NCBI GenBank assembly: GCA_040752815.1
Contig: JBFMGC010000011.1
Coordinates: 6,352-70,351 of the forward strand
From: Candidatus Zixiibacteriota bacterium
Lineage (GTDB): Bacteria; Zixibacteria; MSB-5A5; GN15; FEB-12
Reading direction: 5' to 3'
Length of the DNA stretch: 64,000 bases
Both the position numbers and the translations under genes were made by a program. Positions 34,034 through 42,290 of this stretch are shown here, piece by piece. The notes under the pieces are model-generated. The model did no database searches. It worked only from the letters and a program-made list of their open reading frames with translations, and had not been told where the DNA came from. The stretch's first letter is position 1. Each line of letters begins with the position of its first letter.

Positions 34034-35065
34034 ATGAAAACTATCGATCTCCGCTCTGACACCGTTACCCGACCGTCGCCGGCCATGCGCCAGGCCATCG
34101 CCGCCGCGGAGGTTGGCGATGATGTCTTCGGCGACGACCCCACGGTCAAAGAACTTGAAAGGTATGTAGCCGGTCTGTTCGGGCGCGAGGCGGCGCTGTT
34201 CGTGCCGTCGGGCACGATGGCCAATCAAATCTGCCTCAATGTGCAGAGCCGCCCCGGCTGGGAGCTGCTCTGCGATCGGGAGTGCCACGTGGTCAACTAT
34301 GAGGGTGGCGCGCCAGTCCTGCACTCTCAGCTACTGGTCAACCTGATCACGACCGAGCGCGGCATGATCACCGCCGACATGGTCCGCGCCCTCATTCGCC
34401 CAAAAAACCTGCATTGCCCCGAGACCAAAATGGTCGCCTTGGAGAACACGCACAACCATCACGGCGGGACTATTCTCCCACAGGATGAGATTGTCAAAGT
34501 CAGGGAGGTCTGTGATGAGTTCGGGCTGGTGTTTCACCTTGACGGCGCCCGCATCTGGAATGTCCATGTCGCCACGGGGCTTTCGCTGCCGGAATTGACT
34601 CGGCCGTTCGATTCGATCTCGTGCTGTCTCTCCAAGGGATTGGGGGCGCCGGTCGGGTCAATGGTGGTCGGATCCGAGGATTTGATTAACAAAGCGCGGC
34701 GCCGGCGCAAAATTCTTGGCGGCGGCATGAGGCAGGTCGGCATCCTGGCGGCGGCCGGTCTGTACGCGACGAAAAACAACATCCCGCGTCTGGCGGAAGA
34801 TCACGCCAATGCCCGCTTCCTGGCGGAACGGCTGGCAGAGATTAGGGCCCTCGAGGTCGACATGTCCCGGGTGCAGACCAACATCATTCTGGTGAACATC
34901 GTTTCCGGCCAGAGTGCCGAGCAGGTGCTGGCCCTGGCTAAGGGTGTCGGGGTGCTTGCCGTTCCTTTCGGGCCAAAAACACTCCGTTTTGTCACTCATC
35001 TCGATGCCTCCCGCGCTGACTGCGAGGAGGCCGCCGGTCGGCTGGCCGAGGTGCTGGACCGATGA
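34034..35065 (+). CDS. ltaE: Low-specificity L-threonine aldolase
   Basis: MKTIDLRSDTVTRPSPAMRQAIAAAEVGDDVFGDDPTVKELE is the canonical N-terminus. The PLP-Lys region reads SCCLSKGLGAPVGS. Start is moved to ATG 34034 because the longer ORF runs through the csp terminator. Confidence 0.88.
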   Translation: MKTIDLRSDTVTRPSPAMRQAIAAAEVGDDVFGDDPTVKELERYVAGLFGREAALFVPSGTMANQICLNVQSRPGWELLCDRECHVVNYEGGAPVLHSQLLVNLITTERGMITADMVRALIRPKNLHCPETKMVALENTHNHHGGTILPQDEIVKVREVCDEFGLVFHLDGARIWNVHVATGLSLPELTRPFDSISCCLSKGLGAPVGSMVVGSEDLINKARRRRKILGGGMRQVGILAAAGLYATKNNIPRLAEDHANARFLAERLAEIRALEVDMSRVQTNIILVNIVSGQSAEQVLALAKGVGVLAVPFGPKTLRFVTHLDASRADCEEAAGRLAEVLDR

Positions 35066-35835
35066 CCCAGGATTCGTTTACCATTTTGGGGTCATCGTCG
35101 GGTCTCCCGCAGGCGAACCGCGCCTGCTCGGGGTATCTGTTGGACACGGGCGGCAGCCTCAGCCTGATCGACTGCGGGGGAGGAGTGACATCGTCGTTTC
35201 TAAGGCAGGGGTTTGACCCGTTGAAACTCGACCGGGTGTTTATAAGTCACACGCACTCGGATCACTGTTGCGAGCTTTCCCTCGTGATTCAGATGCTGCA
35301 CGTGCTTCGGGCGAATCGGCGGCTCGACGTCTTCGTGCCCGACGAGTTTGTGCGCCCGTTTTTGTCCTGGCTCAACGCGGTCTATATGTTTCCGCAGCAT
35401 CTCGCCCTCGACCTGCACATTCGGGGCTACGCTGACGGTTTCAGCTTCCAGGGCGACCGGTTCGAACTCACTGCTCATGCTAATCAGCACCTTGAGAAGG
35501 CCGCCGAGATAATCGAGCAATACGATATCCCCAATCGGATGCAGTGCCATTCGTTTAGGATTGCCACCGAGAAGGCGCGTCTTTTCTATTCGGCGGATAT
35601 TGCCTCGTTCGAGGAAATCATCCCGCACCTGCGCGATCTTGACTACGCTCTCATAGAATCGACCCACATTGAGCTCAGCAAGCTGATCCAATACGCGAAG
35701 TCATCCTCCGTCAAAAAGTACATTCTAACCCATCTGGGCAGCCCCGAGGAGCTCGACACGCTTCGGGGGCGGATCGAGGCCGCCGGGGTGGGGGACATCA
35801 CCCTGGCTGAGGACGGTCTCAGGCTGCAGCTTTGA
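35062..35835 (+). CDS. MBL-fold metallo-hydrolase (RNase Z-like)
   Basis: LIDCGGG and the SHTHSDH metal-binding motif. ATGA overlap with the ltaE stop. Confidence 0.7.
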   Translation: MTQDSFTILGSSSGLPQANRACSGYLLDTGGSLSLIDCGGGVTSSFLRQGFDPLKLDRVFISHTHSDHCCELSLVIQMLHVLRANRRLDVFVPDEFVRPFLSWLNAVYMFPQHLALDLHIRGYADGFSFQGDRFELTAHANQHLEKAAEIIEQYDIPNRMQCHSFRIATEKARLFYSADIASFEEIIPHLRDLDYALIESTHIELSKLIQYAKSSSVKKYILTHLGSPEELDTLRGRIEAAGVGDITLAEDGLRLQL

Positions 35836-36064
35836 GCAGCTTACTCAGGCCTATCTGACTGCACCGACGCTGTCGGGCTGAGCCGCCCGCGGCATGCGGA
35901 AAAAAAGACTCATCCTTCTCGACAATTGACGGGTAGAATAGGTTGAAATGGACCGTGTAATATTATGCTTGAAAAGCGCCCCTCATGGGCGCATATTTGC
36001 AGGCAGCAATATGTGGTTCGGGCCCGCCGTTGCGGGCCAAAATGACAACCTCAGGAGGTTTTCG

Positions 36065-36586
36065 ATGAGTTTCCGTTGGTTGAGCGTGATGTTTACGGCA
36101 GTTGCGGTTCTGGCGTTCACGGGGTCGCTGATGGCCCAGGAGGCCGCCAAGACCGAGCCGGCCAAGCACCAGTATGTCGGTGTCAAGGCCTGCAAACTGT
36201 GCCACAAGAAGGACGGAATTTTCGACAGCTGGTCGGCAACTGCACACGCCACCGCTTTCGACAAACTGTCCGAGGAAGACAAGAAGAACGAGGCGCTAAA
36301 GCCCTATTATACGACCGGGACTACCGCCGAGGGTGAGCTTCTAACCGGCGTGCAGTGCGAGGTTTGCCACGGGCCTGGTTCGGATTACAAGAAGAAGTCA
36401 GTTATGGAAAGCCGGGAGGCATCGGTGGCCGCCGGGCTGCTTATTCCGGACGCCAAGACCTGTGCCAAGTGCCATAACGATAAGGCTCCGGCCAAGCTGG
36501 CGGCTACAGCCAAGGACTTCGATTTCGCCAAGCTGAAAGAGAAAGGGGCCCACGCTGCGGCGATCAAGACCGAGGCGGCCAAGTAA
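36065..36586 (+). CDS. Small periplasmic trihaem c-type cytochrome
   Basis: Start is set at ATG 36065, preceded by AGGAGG. Signal peptide MSFRWLSVMFTAVAVLAFTGSLMAQEA. Three CxxCH motifs (CKLCH, CEVCH, CAKCH). Confidence 0.8.
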   Translation: MSFRWLSVMFTAVAVLAFTGSLMAQEAAKTEPAKHQYVGVKACKLCHKKDGIFDSWSATAHATAFDKLSEEDKKNEALKPYYTTGTTAEGELLTGVQCEVCHGPGSDYKKKSVMESREASVAAGLLIPDAKTCAKCHNDKAPAKLAATAKDFDFAKLKEKGAHAAAIKTEAAK

Positions 36587-36622
36587 CAACGGTACCCCGT
36601 CTTGTTAAAAGAATGTCCAGCG

Positions 36623-36653
36623 AGCGCCTCCACGAGGGGGCGCTTTGCTGTTT
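36623..36653 (+). terminator. Rho-independent terminator of the trihaem cytochrome gene
   Basis: agcgcctcc-acga-gggggcgct forms a 9-bp stem with one G-U pair, followed by TTGCTGTTT. Confidence 0.6.
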
Positions 36654-36723
36654 GGCCGACATCGGCTAGGACCCCATGTGGCTGGAAGGCAACTGGGATA
36701 CCGAATGACTCGATTAGTTTCAA

Positions 36724-36797
36724 TCGGGGTGAGAGGATTTGAACCTCCGACTCCATGCTCCCAAAGCATGTGCGCTACCAGACTGCGCCACACCCCG
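36724..36797 (-). tRNA. tRNA-Pro (anticodon UGG)
   Basis: Minus-strand sequence CGGGGTGTGGCGCAGTCTGGTAGCGCACATGCTTTGGGAGCATGGAGTCGGAGGTTCAAATCCTCTCACCCCGA. The acceptor stem CGGGGTG/CACCCCG, D-arm, anticodon stem CATGC/GCATG with loop TT-TGG-GA, and GGTTCAAATCC T-loop are all present. CCA is not encoded. Confidence 0.92.
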
Positions 36798-36880
36798 AAA
36801 CCGTTGTCCATGATACCGTATCGGCCGGGAGGTGTCAAGCCGTGACCGCAACCCCAGTACACAGGACATCCGTGACCCGT

Positions 36881-36973
36881 GTGTGGTGGACATCCCCGCC
36901 CACCACGCGCCAACGCGGCAGAATTCGTGCGTGGTGGACGTCCTCGTCCGCCACGGCCCAACGAAAAAGAAAC
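36881..36973. repeat. Two tandem ~46-nt GC-rich hairpin units (REP-like)
   Basis: Unit A is gtgtggtggacatccccgcccaccacgcgccaacgcggcagaattc. Unit B is gtgcgtggtggacgtcctcgtccgccacggcccaacgaaaaagaaac. They are about 75% identical. Each contains a gtggtgg...c(c/g)caccac-type stem-loop. Confidence 0.65.
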
Positions 36974-37030
36974 TGCCCGGAATGCTATGCAGACCGTTGT
37001 CCTTTGGCCGTTCCGCATTAGATTCCCATT

Positions 37031-38062
37031 ATGATTCGACAAAACCTGCTCGGCAACACCGTCAGTCAAATGGAAAAGATTTTCCAGCAGATGGGCGAAC
37101 GCCCGTACCGGGGCAGGCAGCTCTTCAAGTGGCTGTACAATAACCGGCAGTATGACTTTCAGTCGATGACCGACCTCTCCAAAGAGGTGCGTACTCGTTT
37201 GCTGGACAACTACGAATTCCGATTACCGAGCCTACAGATGAAATCGGAATCGAAAGACGGCACGGTCAAATTCCTGTTTCGTCTCGACGACGGTCTGCCG
37301 GTCGAAACGGTGCTGATCCCCGATGAAGATCGGCAGACGTTGTGTGTTTCGTCCCAGTCCGGCTGCGCCCTGGCCTGCCGGTTCTGCGCTACCGGCACCA
37401 TGGGGCTGAAACGAAATCTCTCGGTGGGCGAAATCGTTGGGCAGTTGTTGCACGTGCGCGAGTCTTACGGGGCCGACGCTTATTCCAATGTCGTCTTCAT
37501 GGGTATGGGGGAGCCTTTCAACAACTACAATAACCTGGTCGAGGCGCTGCGGATAATGACCTCGTCTCTGGGGCTCGGCATCGCCGCCCGGAAAATCACG
37601 GTCTCGACTTCCGGTATCACTCCGCTCATCCGCAGGTATGCCGACTCGAAATTGAAGGCGAACCTGGCGCTGTCTCTTCACGCCGCGTTCCAGGAGAAGC
37701 GCGAGGCTATCATGCCGGTCGCCCGCACCTACAGGCTCGACAAGTTAATGGACGCGATCAGGTACTACACGCAGCAGACCGGTCGGCGCGTGACTTTTGA
37801 ATACATCCTCTTCGAAGGCTTCAATGACACCATGGAGGATGTTCTCAGTTTGACCCGGCTGGTGCAGGGGATACCGTGTAAGATTAATGTCCTGGCCTAT
37901 AACCCGGTGCCGGGTCTTGATTTCACGCGGCCATCGGACGAGCAGGTTGACTGGTTTGCCAGAATGCTGTATCCTCGGACACCGGCTGTGACTGTGCGCA
38001 AGAGCCGGGGGCAGGATATCGCCGCGGCCTGCGGGCAACTTGCAGCTCAGATGATTCAATAG
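37031..38062 (+). CDS. rlmN: 23S rRNA/tRNA (adenine-C2)-methyltransferase RlmN (radical SAM)
   Basis: YRGRQLFKWLY at the N-terminus. Radical-SAM cluster motif CALACRFCATG. MGMGEPFNNY. The conserved C-terminal Cys lies in AAACGQLA. Confidence 0.9.
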   Translation: MIRQNLLGNTVSQMEKIFQQMGERPYRGRQLFKWLYNNRQYDFQSMTDLSKEVRTRLLDNYEFRLPSLQMKSESKDGTVKFLFRLDDGLPVETVLIPDEDRQTLCVSSQSGCALACRFCATGTMGLKRNLSVGEIVGQLLHVRESYGADAYSNVVFMGMGEPFNNYNNLVEALRIMTSSLGLGIAARKITVSTSGITPLIRRYADSKLKANLALSLHAAFQEKREAIMPVARTYRLDKLMDAIRYYTQQTGRRVTFEYILFEGFNDTMEDVLSLTRLVQGIPCKINVLAYNPVPGLDFTRPSDEQVDWFARMLYPRTPAVTVRKSRGQDIAAACGQLAAQMIQ

Positions 38063-38071
38063 GAGCCTCAG

Positions 38072-39481
38072 ATGCAGTTCAAAATGTCGGGCCTTGTTTT
38101 CGTTCTGGTCATTCTCAGTACGGCCATCAACGCGTCGGCAGAAGATCCGGAGGTGATAGTCGGCGAGATCGGCTTCCCCAAGCGGGTCTGGGGAACGGGG
38201 ACACTGGAGTTCGATGTCACCAATAGGACCGATTGGCTGAAATTCCTGGTGGTTGAGACCGATGTCACTTTCGAAGGCTCCTATGTCAACCCGCACCGCG
38301 TCACGCGCACGCCATTCGTACTGGAGCCGTCGGCCAAGACCAGGTTCGAACCAAGAATCGTGATCCCGTCCAACTATGGATTAATGAAGCTCTGGGTGCG
38401 TCTGTATGACGTAGTCGACACACTGGATGTTCTCGCTGCCGGCACGAAGCTATTCGAGCAGCCGTTCAACATCCGTTTTCATGTGCCCGAGGCGGTCATC
38501 CCCTATTTCCAGGAGCGAATCACTCTCCCGCCCCTGGTGGGCCACTACGGCCTGTTTGACAACGAATTCACGCGTCTGCTGCTGGTCCTGGCGAACGAGG
38601 GGAAGACTGTGCCGCAGATCGCCGCTATGTGCGAAACCGACACCGCCTTTGTGGCCGAGTGTGTTCTCGGCCTGGCGGCGGCGCGATTTGTTTCACGTTC
38701 CGGTGACAGCTTGAAAGTGCTGACACCGGTGATTACCAAGGCGGAGGCGGTCGAGGGGCGGGAACTGGCGGACAGGATCGCCGACCGCCTGGCGCGCAAG
38801 CTTGCGGAAAACCTTGGCCGCCGCCGACCGTTTCTCGATTCGCTTATAAGCGCCGGCGTAGCCAGCGGGGACAGCACCGGGTTCAATACCGGCGCACGAG
38901 TCTTGTTCCAGCCGCATCCTCTGGTCGGAGGAATGCTCCTCTGGCAGGTGCTGGGGCAGAAGTTCATTACCGGCAGCCGCAGCCTCGAAATCTTCTACGG
39001 CACCGACTTCTGCAACCCCAGAATCGGACCTTTTATGTATCTCGTGCTGGGCGGCGACTACTTCAATGGCCATCATTTCTACTGGGCACAGGCCAAAGCG
39101 AGCGGCTATGAATCCCGTTTCGGTGACAGCATCCCGCCGATCACCTGCTGGCCGGGGTATGAGAAGAAACTGACGCTCTATGAAAACACCGACTGGAGCT
39201 TCGGCCAGGGACTGGATGCGAGAGAAACCTTTTTGTACGACACCGCCATGGTGATCCCCATGATGCGCATGTTGGACCAGGACACCGAGTCGATTCTCAG
39301 CGACGCCCTAGAGGAGCTTCGGCATTTGAATAAGAAATGTCGCGAGGGCGACCTCAGCGTAGCGGTTCGATACTGGTTCTGGAATCTCGTGGCATCAGGG
39401 ACTCTGGACCGCCTCGTGAAGAATGGCGTTGCTTACCGCGTCAGGAGGGGCCAATACCAGTATCAGGAAATACGGCTGTGA
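38072..39481 (+). CDS. Hypothetical exported protein
   Basis: AGGAG Shine-Dalgarno. Signal peptide MQFKMSGLVFVLVILSTAINASA-EDP. 469 aa with coherent codon usage and no family I recognise. Confidence 0.6.
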   Translation: MQFKMSGLVFVLVILSTAINASAEDPEVIVGEIGFPKRVWGTGTLEFDVTNRTDWLKFLVVETDVTFEGSYVNPHRVTRTPFVLEPSAKTRFEPRIVIPSNYGLMKLWVRLYDVVDTLDVLAAGTKLFEQPFNIRFHVPEAVIPYFQERITLPPLVGHYGLFDNEFTRLLLVLANEGKTVPQIAAMCETDTAFVAECVLGLAAARFVSRSGDSLKVLTPVITKAEAVEGRELADRIADRLARKLAENLGRRRPFLDSLISAGVASGDSTGFNTGARVLFQPHPLVGGMLLWQVLGQKFITGSRSLEIFYGTDFCNPRIGPFMYLVLGGDYFNGHHFYWAQAKASGYESRFGDSIPPITCWPGYEKKLTLYENTDWSFGQGLDARETFLYDTAMVIPMMRMLDQDTESILSDALEELRHLNKKCREGDLSVAVRYWFWNLVASGTLDRLVKNGVAYRVRRGQYQYQEIRL

Positions 39482-39903
39482 TGCGAGTCTGCCGCCATGC
39501 CTCGCTTCTGGTCTTCCTGCTGATGGGATGCGGCAAAGACGAGCTGCCGTCGCGGGAGCAGATCCCGATCCTGCACGAGCGGCTGTTCGTTCTTGAGAGG
39601 GGACTTCGCGACCACAACCGCGCGGCGATCGACTCGCTGCTCTCGGTGGACATTCTCGATCACAAGCAGGACTCCGATTCCCTGCTGCGCTATGTGTACC
39701 GGCCGGACCATTCATTCGCCTTTCAGAAACTCGGCGACTACACGATCTTCTTCAATCGCGACCTGGCGGTGATCGACTGCTTCATCATGGACAGCACGTC
39801 GGGTCATGACCGCCCGCTACGACTCACCTATCGCCTCGACGATGACAGGTGGCTCGTCACTCAATTCGCTGAGGGTCATCCCGACTCAACCGGCTTGCTG
39901 TAG
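39481..39903 (+). CDS. Hypothetical lipoprotein (NTF2/SnoaL-like pattern)
   Basis: The ATG overlaps the upstream TGA (gTGATGc), suggesting translational coupling. Lipobox LLMGC-GKD. About 120 mature residues ending ..YRLDDDRWLVTQF, reminiscent of NTF2-like folds. Confidence 0.55.
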   Translation: MRVCRHASLLVFLLMGCGKDELPSREQIPILHERLFVLERGLRDHNRAAIDSLLSVDILDHKQDSDSLLRYVYRPDHSFAFQKLGDYTIFFNRDLAVIDCFIMDSTSGHDRPLRLTYRLDDDRWLVTQFAEGHPDSTGLL

Positions 39904-39943
39904 GGTGGCGTCTAGCCTGGCATCGAAGTCGCCGACAGTATAA

Positions 39944-39969
39944 GCCGTCGGGCAGGGTCGCCCGACGGC
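39944..39969. repeat. 26-nt palindromic element, copy 1 (inverted relative to copy at 59272)
   Basis: gccgtcgggc-agggtc-gcccgacggc forms a perfect 10-bp stem. Its reverse complement equals the 59272-59297 element except for one compensated base pair. Confidence 0.8.
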
Positions 39970-40082
39970 ACGTAGATGATTATCGCGAGATCCCACCCGT
40001 TGGGTGGGGTACCGAAGAGGCCCTTGCGTGAGGTTTTTCGAAATCCAACTTCGATGAGTGGGGCCCCCGCGAAACTCCGCAC

Positions 40083-40112
40083 AAAAAAAGCGCCCGCGAA
40101 ATTTGCGGGCGC
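40083..40112 (-). terminator. Rho-independent terminator of ctp
   Basis: On the minus strand, gcgcccgc-aaatttc-gcgggcgc is followed by a run of 7 T. It lies 32 nt downstream of the ctp stop. Confidence 0.85.
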
Positions 40113-40143
40113 TTGCATCCACAAAGAGAGTCACATGCGTGAT

Positions 40144-41946
40144 TTATAGTTCGGCCTTCTTCTTCCCCTCTGAGATCAGCTTCGAGTACTCTCCCGGCTG
40201 CGTCAAAATCTCGCGGGCTTTCAAAAGCGCCTTGTCCGACTTGAATAGGATGTTTTCGTAAACTCCGCGCTCGCCGAACACCGACGAAACAATTTCTCGC
40301 TTGATCGCCCGGCGGATATACTCCTCGGAGCGGTCGAAATCGACTTCCTTCTCCGACGCCACCACGGCGTCCATCTCTTTGAGCGTGGTCTCGAATTCCG
40401 GCTCTTTGTTCTCTTCCGTAATCGTCGTTTTCAAATCTTCGACGGCAATCTGGAGCGCAGACTTATAGGTGAATTCCTTGTCTTTGATATACTGACGGAA
40501 TTCCCGGAGGACTCCGTCGGAGACCTCGAAGTCAGGCTTGATGTCGGGATGTGCGGCGACGTACTCGATCGCGAAGTTGAAGAACATCGAGCGCCGTTCG
40601 AGGTTTATCTCAATCGGTTTCCAAAGCTCACGATCGACGCTCACGTCGGGAGAGATCCCACCACCGCCGTACACCACCCGTCCTCCGTTGGTGTAGTAAA
40701 CCCCTTTGTCGGCAACGACCAGCGAGTCGCCTGCTTCTTCATCGTCCGCCTTGTCATCGGCAGGATGTTTGGCCTGGCGATCAGGTTTCTGGATGCACCT
40801 TCCCGACGGCACATAGTACTTAGCGGTGGTGAGCTTGAGGGACTCACTGCCGTCGGAAGAGATCGGAAAGATCTGCTGTACCAGTCCCTTGCCGTATGTG
40901 GTGCTGCCCACTACCAGGCCGCGGTCCCAGTCCTGGATTGCGCCGGCCACAATTTCCGAGGCCGATGCGGTGCCTTCGTCGACAAGGACGATAAGGGGTT
41001 TGTCCTCGGGGAACAGCGGCGGACGTTCGGCTCGGTAATGGCGCTCGCCCATTCCGTCGCGGCCCTTGGTGTATACGATCTCGCGTCCTTCGTTCAGGAA
41101 CAACTCGGCCACTTCCTTGGCCTGGTCGAGCAGGCCGCCGCCGTTGGAGCGCAGATCAAATACAACCGATTCCACGTTTTGTTCGTTGAGCGACGTCACC
41201 GCCTCGCGAAGCTCACGGCTGGTTTCTTCGGCAAAACGGGAGAGCCTGATATATCCCACCTTCGTGCCCGGCAGGACCCCGAAGTAGTTGACCGACCTGA
41301 GCTCGATTACGGCGCGCTCAACTTCGAATTCAAGGGTCTCGTTGATACCGGTTCTCTTGATTTTCAGCACGACTGATGTGCCCGCCGTGCCGCGCATCAG
41401 GCCGACCGCCTCGGTACTCTTCATGCCCTGGGTGTCGTGGCCGTCAATTTCCACAATGACGTCGCCTGCGCGAAGCCCTTTGCGGTAGGCCGGAGTGCCC
41501 TCGATCGGGGAGATGATCATGATGCGGCCATCGCGCTCGTCGATCTGCATCCCCAGCCCCTCATACTTGCCGTGCGTGCTCTCCATGAGCGCGTCGTACG
41601 CTTCAGCCTCCATCAGCACGGAATATCGGTCCAGGTCCGCCAGCATCCCTTCCACACCCGCCTTGATGATCTTATCCATGTCCACGTCTTCCATGTAGTG
41701 GTTGCGGATACTGAAGGCGGTCTGGGTCAGTTTCTTGACGCTGCGGAGGAAAGAATCGCGATCCTGCGACGGCGCGACCTCCACCACCGGGTGTTCCTTG
41801 TCGAGCTGAATCTGGACAGTGTCCGCCCAGAGAACCGGCTCGAGGCGACTCGGCGAAGCCTGGCTGGCGTCGCCGGGATCGGCAAACCATATCAGCGCCA
41901 ATGCGAAAACCGTTATTCCGAATAACTGAACCGTGAAGCGGTACAT
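40144..41946 (-). CDS. ctp: S41 family C-terminal processing (tail-specific) peptidase with PDZ domain
   Basis: Signal peptide. PDZ segment (GLRAGDVIVEIDGHDTQGM). S41 catalytic region SNGGGLL... and VLVDEGTASASEIVAGAIQD. 600 aa. Confidence 0.88.
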   Translation of the reverse strand: MYRFTVQLFGITVFALALIWFADPGDASQASPSRLEPVLWADTVQIQLDKEHPVVEVAPSQDRDSFLRSVKKLTQTAFSIRNHYMEDVDMDKIIKAGVEGMLADLDRYSVLMEAEAYDALMESTHGKYEGLGMQIDERDGRIMIISPIEGTPAYRKGLRAGDVIVEIDGHDTQGMKSTEAVGLMRGTAGTSVVLKIKRTGINETLEFEVERAVIELRSVNYFGVLPGTKVGYIRLSRFAEETSRELREAVTSLNEQNVESVVFDLRSNGGGLLDQAKEVAELFLNEGREIVYTKGRDGMGERHYRAERPPLFPEDKPLIVLVDEGTASASEIVAGAIQDWDRGLVVGSTTYGKGLVQQIFPISSDGSESLKLTTAKYYVPSGRCIQKPDRQAKHPADDKADDEEAGDSLVVADKGVYYTNGGRVVYGGGGISPDVSVDRELWKPIEINLERRSMFFNFAIEYVAAHPDIKPDFEVSDGVLREFRQYIKDKEFTYKSALQIAVEDLKTTITEENKEPEFETTLKEMDAVVASEKEVDFDRSEEYIRRAIKREIVSSVFGERGVYENILFKSDKALLKAREILTQPGEYSKLISEGKKKAEL

Positions 41947-42290
41947 GTTGAACCTCTAAGTTAGCCTGTCAATGGTCAATCTATCATCATTCGTTGTTTT
42001 GTCAAGCGGAGACGGTCTGAAGCTTCTGCGTATCTCATTGATATTATATACACTTAGCAAGGCGGTTGAGTTCCTCTGCTGTAACTCCGACTGTCAGCTC
42101 CGAGTATTTTGCTGTCCGGTATGCGCTTAGCTCAAGCAATAGCATCTGTGCGGCAACTTTACTTCGGCGCGAGTCGTCCAATAGTTTGGGTTCGTGCAGC
42201 GAACCTGCTCATTAGTATCGGCTTACCGGGCCACCGTGGGCACGGACGACCAGCAATCTGTGCTGTTTTCGAACAACTGTCACTCAACCA

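Noticed and set aside
36881-36973. Possible CRISPR array
   Set aside because: There are only two imperfect adjacent units with no unique spacers between them, and no cas genes in the window. I found no other regularly spaced direct repeats.
36605-37069. 154-aa minus-strand ORF and 88-103-aa plus-strand ORFs covering the tRNA-Pro gene and the tandem hairpin repeats
   Set aside because: They run through a canonical tRNA and through the REP-like repeats. Their repetitive Gly/Arg/Pro translation is a by-product of the palindromes.
41947-42290. 344-nt comparatively AT-rich intergenic region upstream of ctp and the S26-like gene, examined for a small RNA (SRP RNA, 6S RNA, tmRNA)
   Set aside because: I recognise no conserved core motifs of those RNAs and no strong terminator-bounded hairpin unit. 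It is most simply a divergent promoter region.
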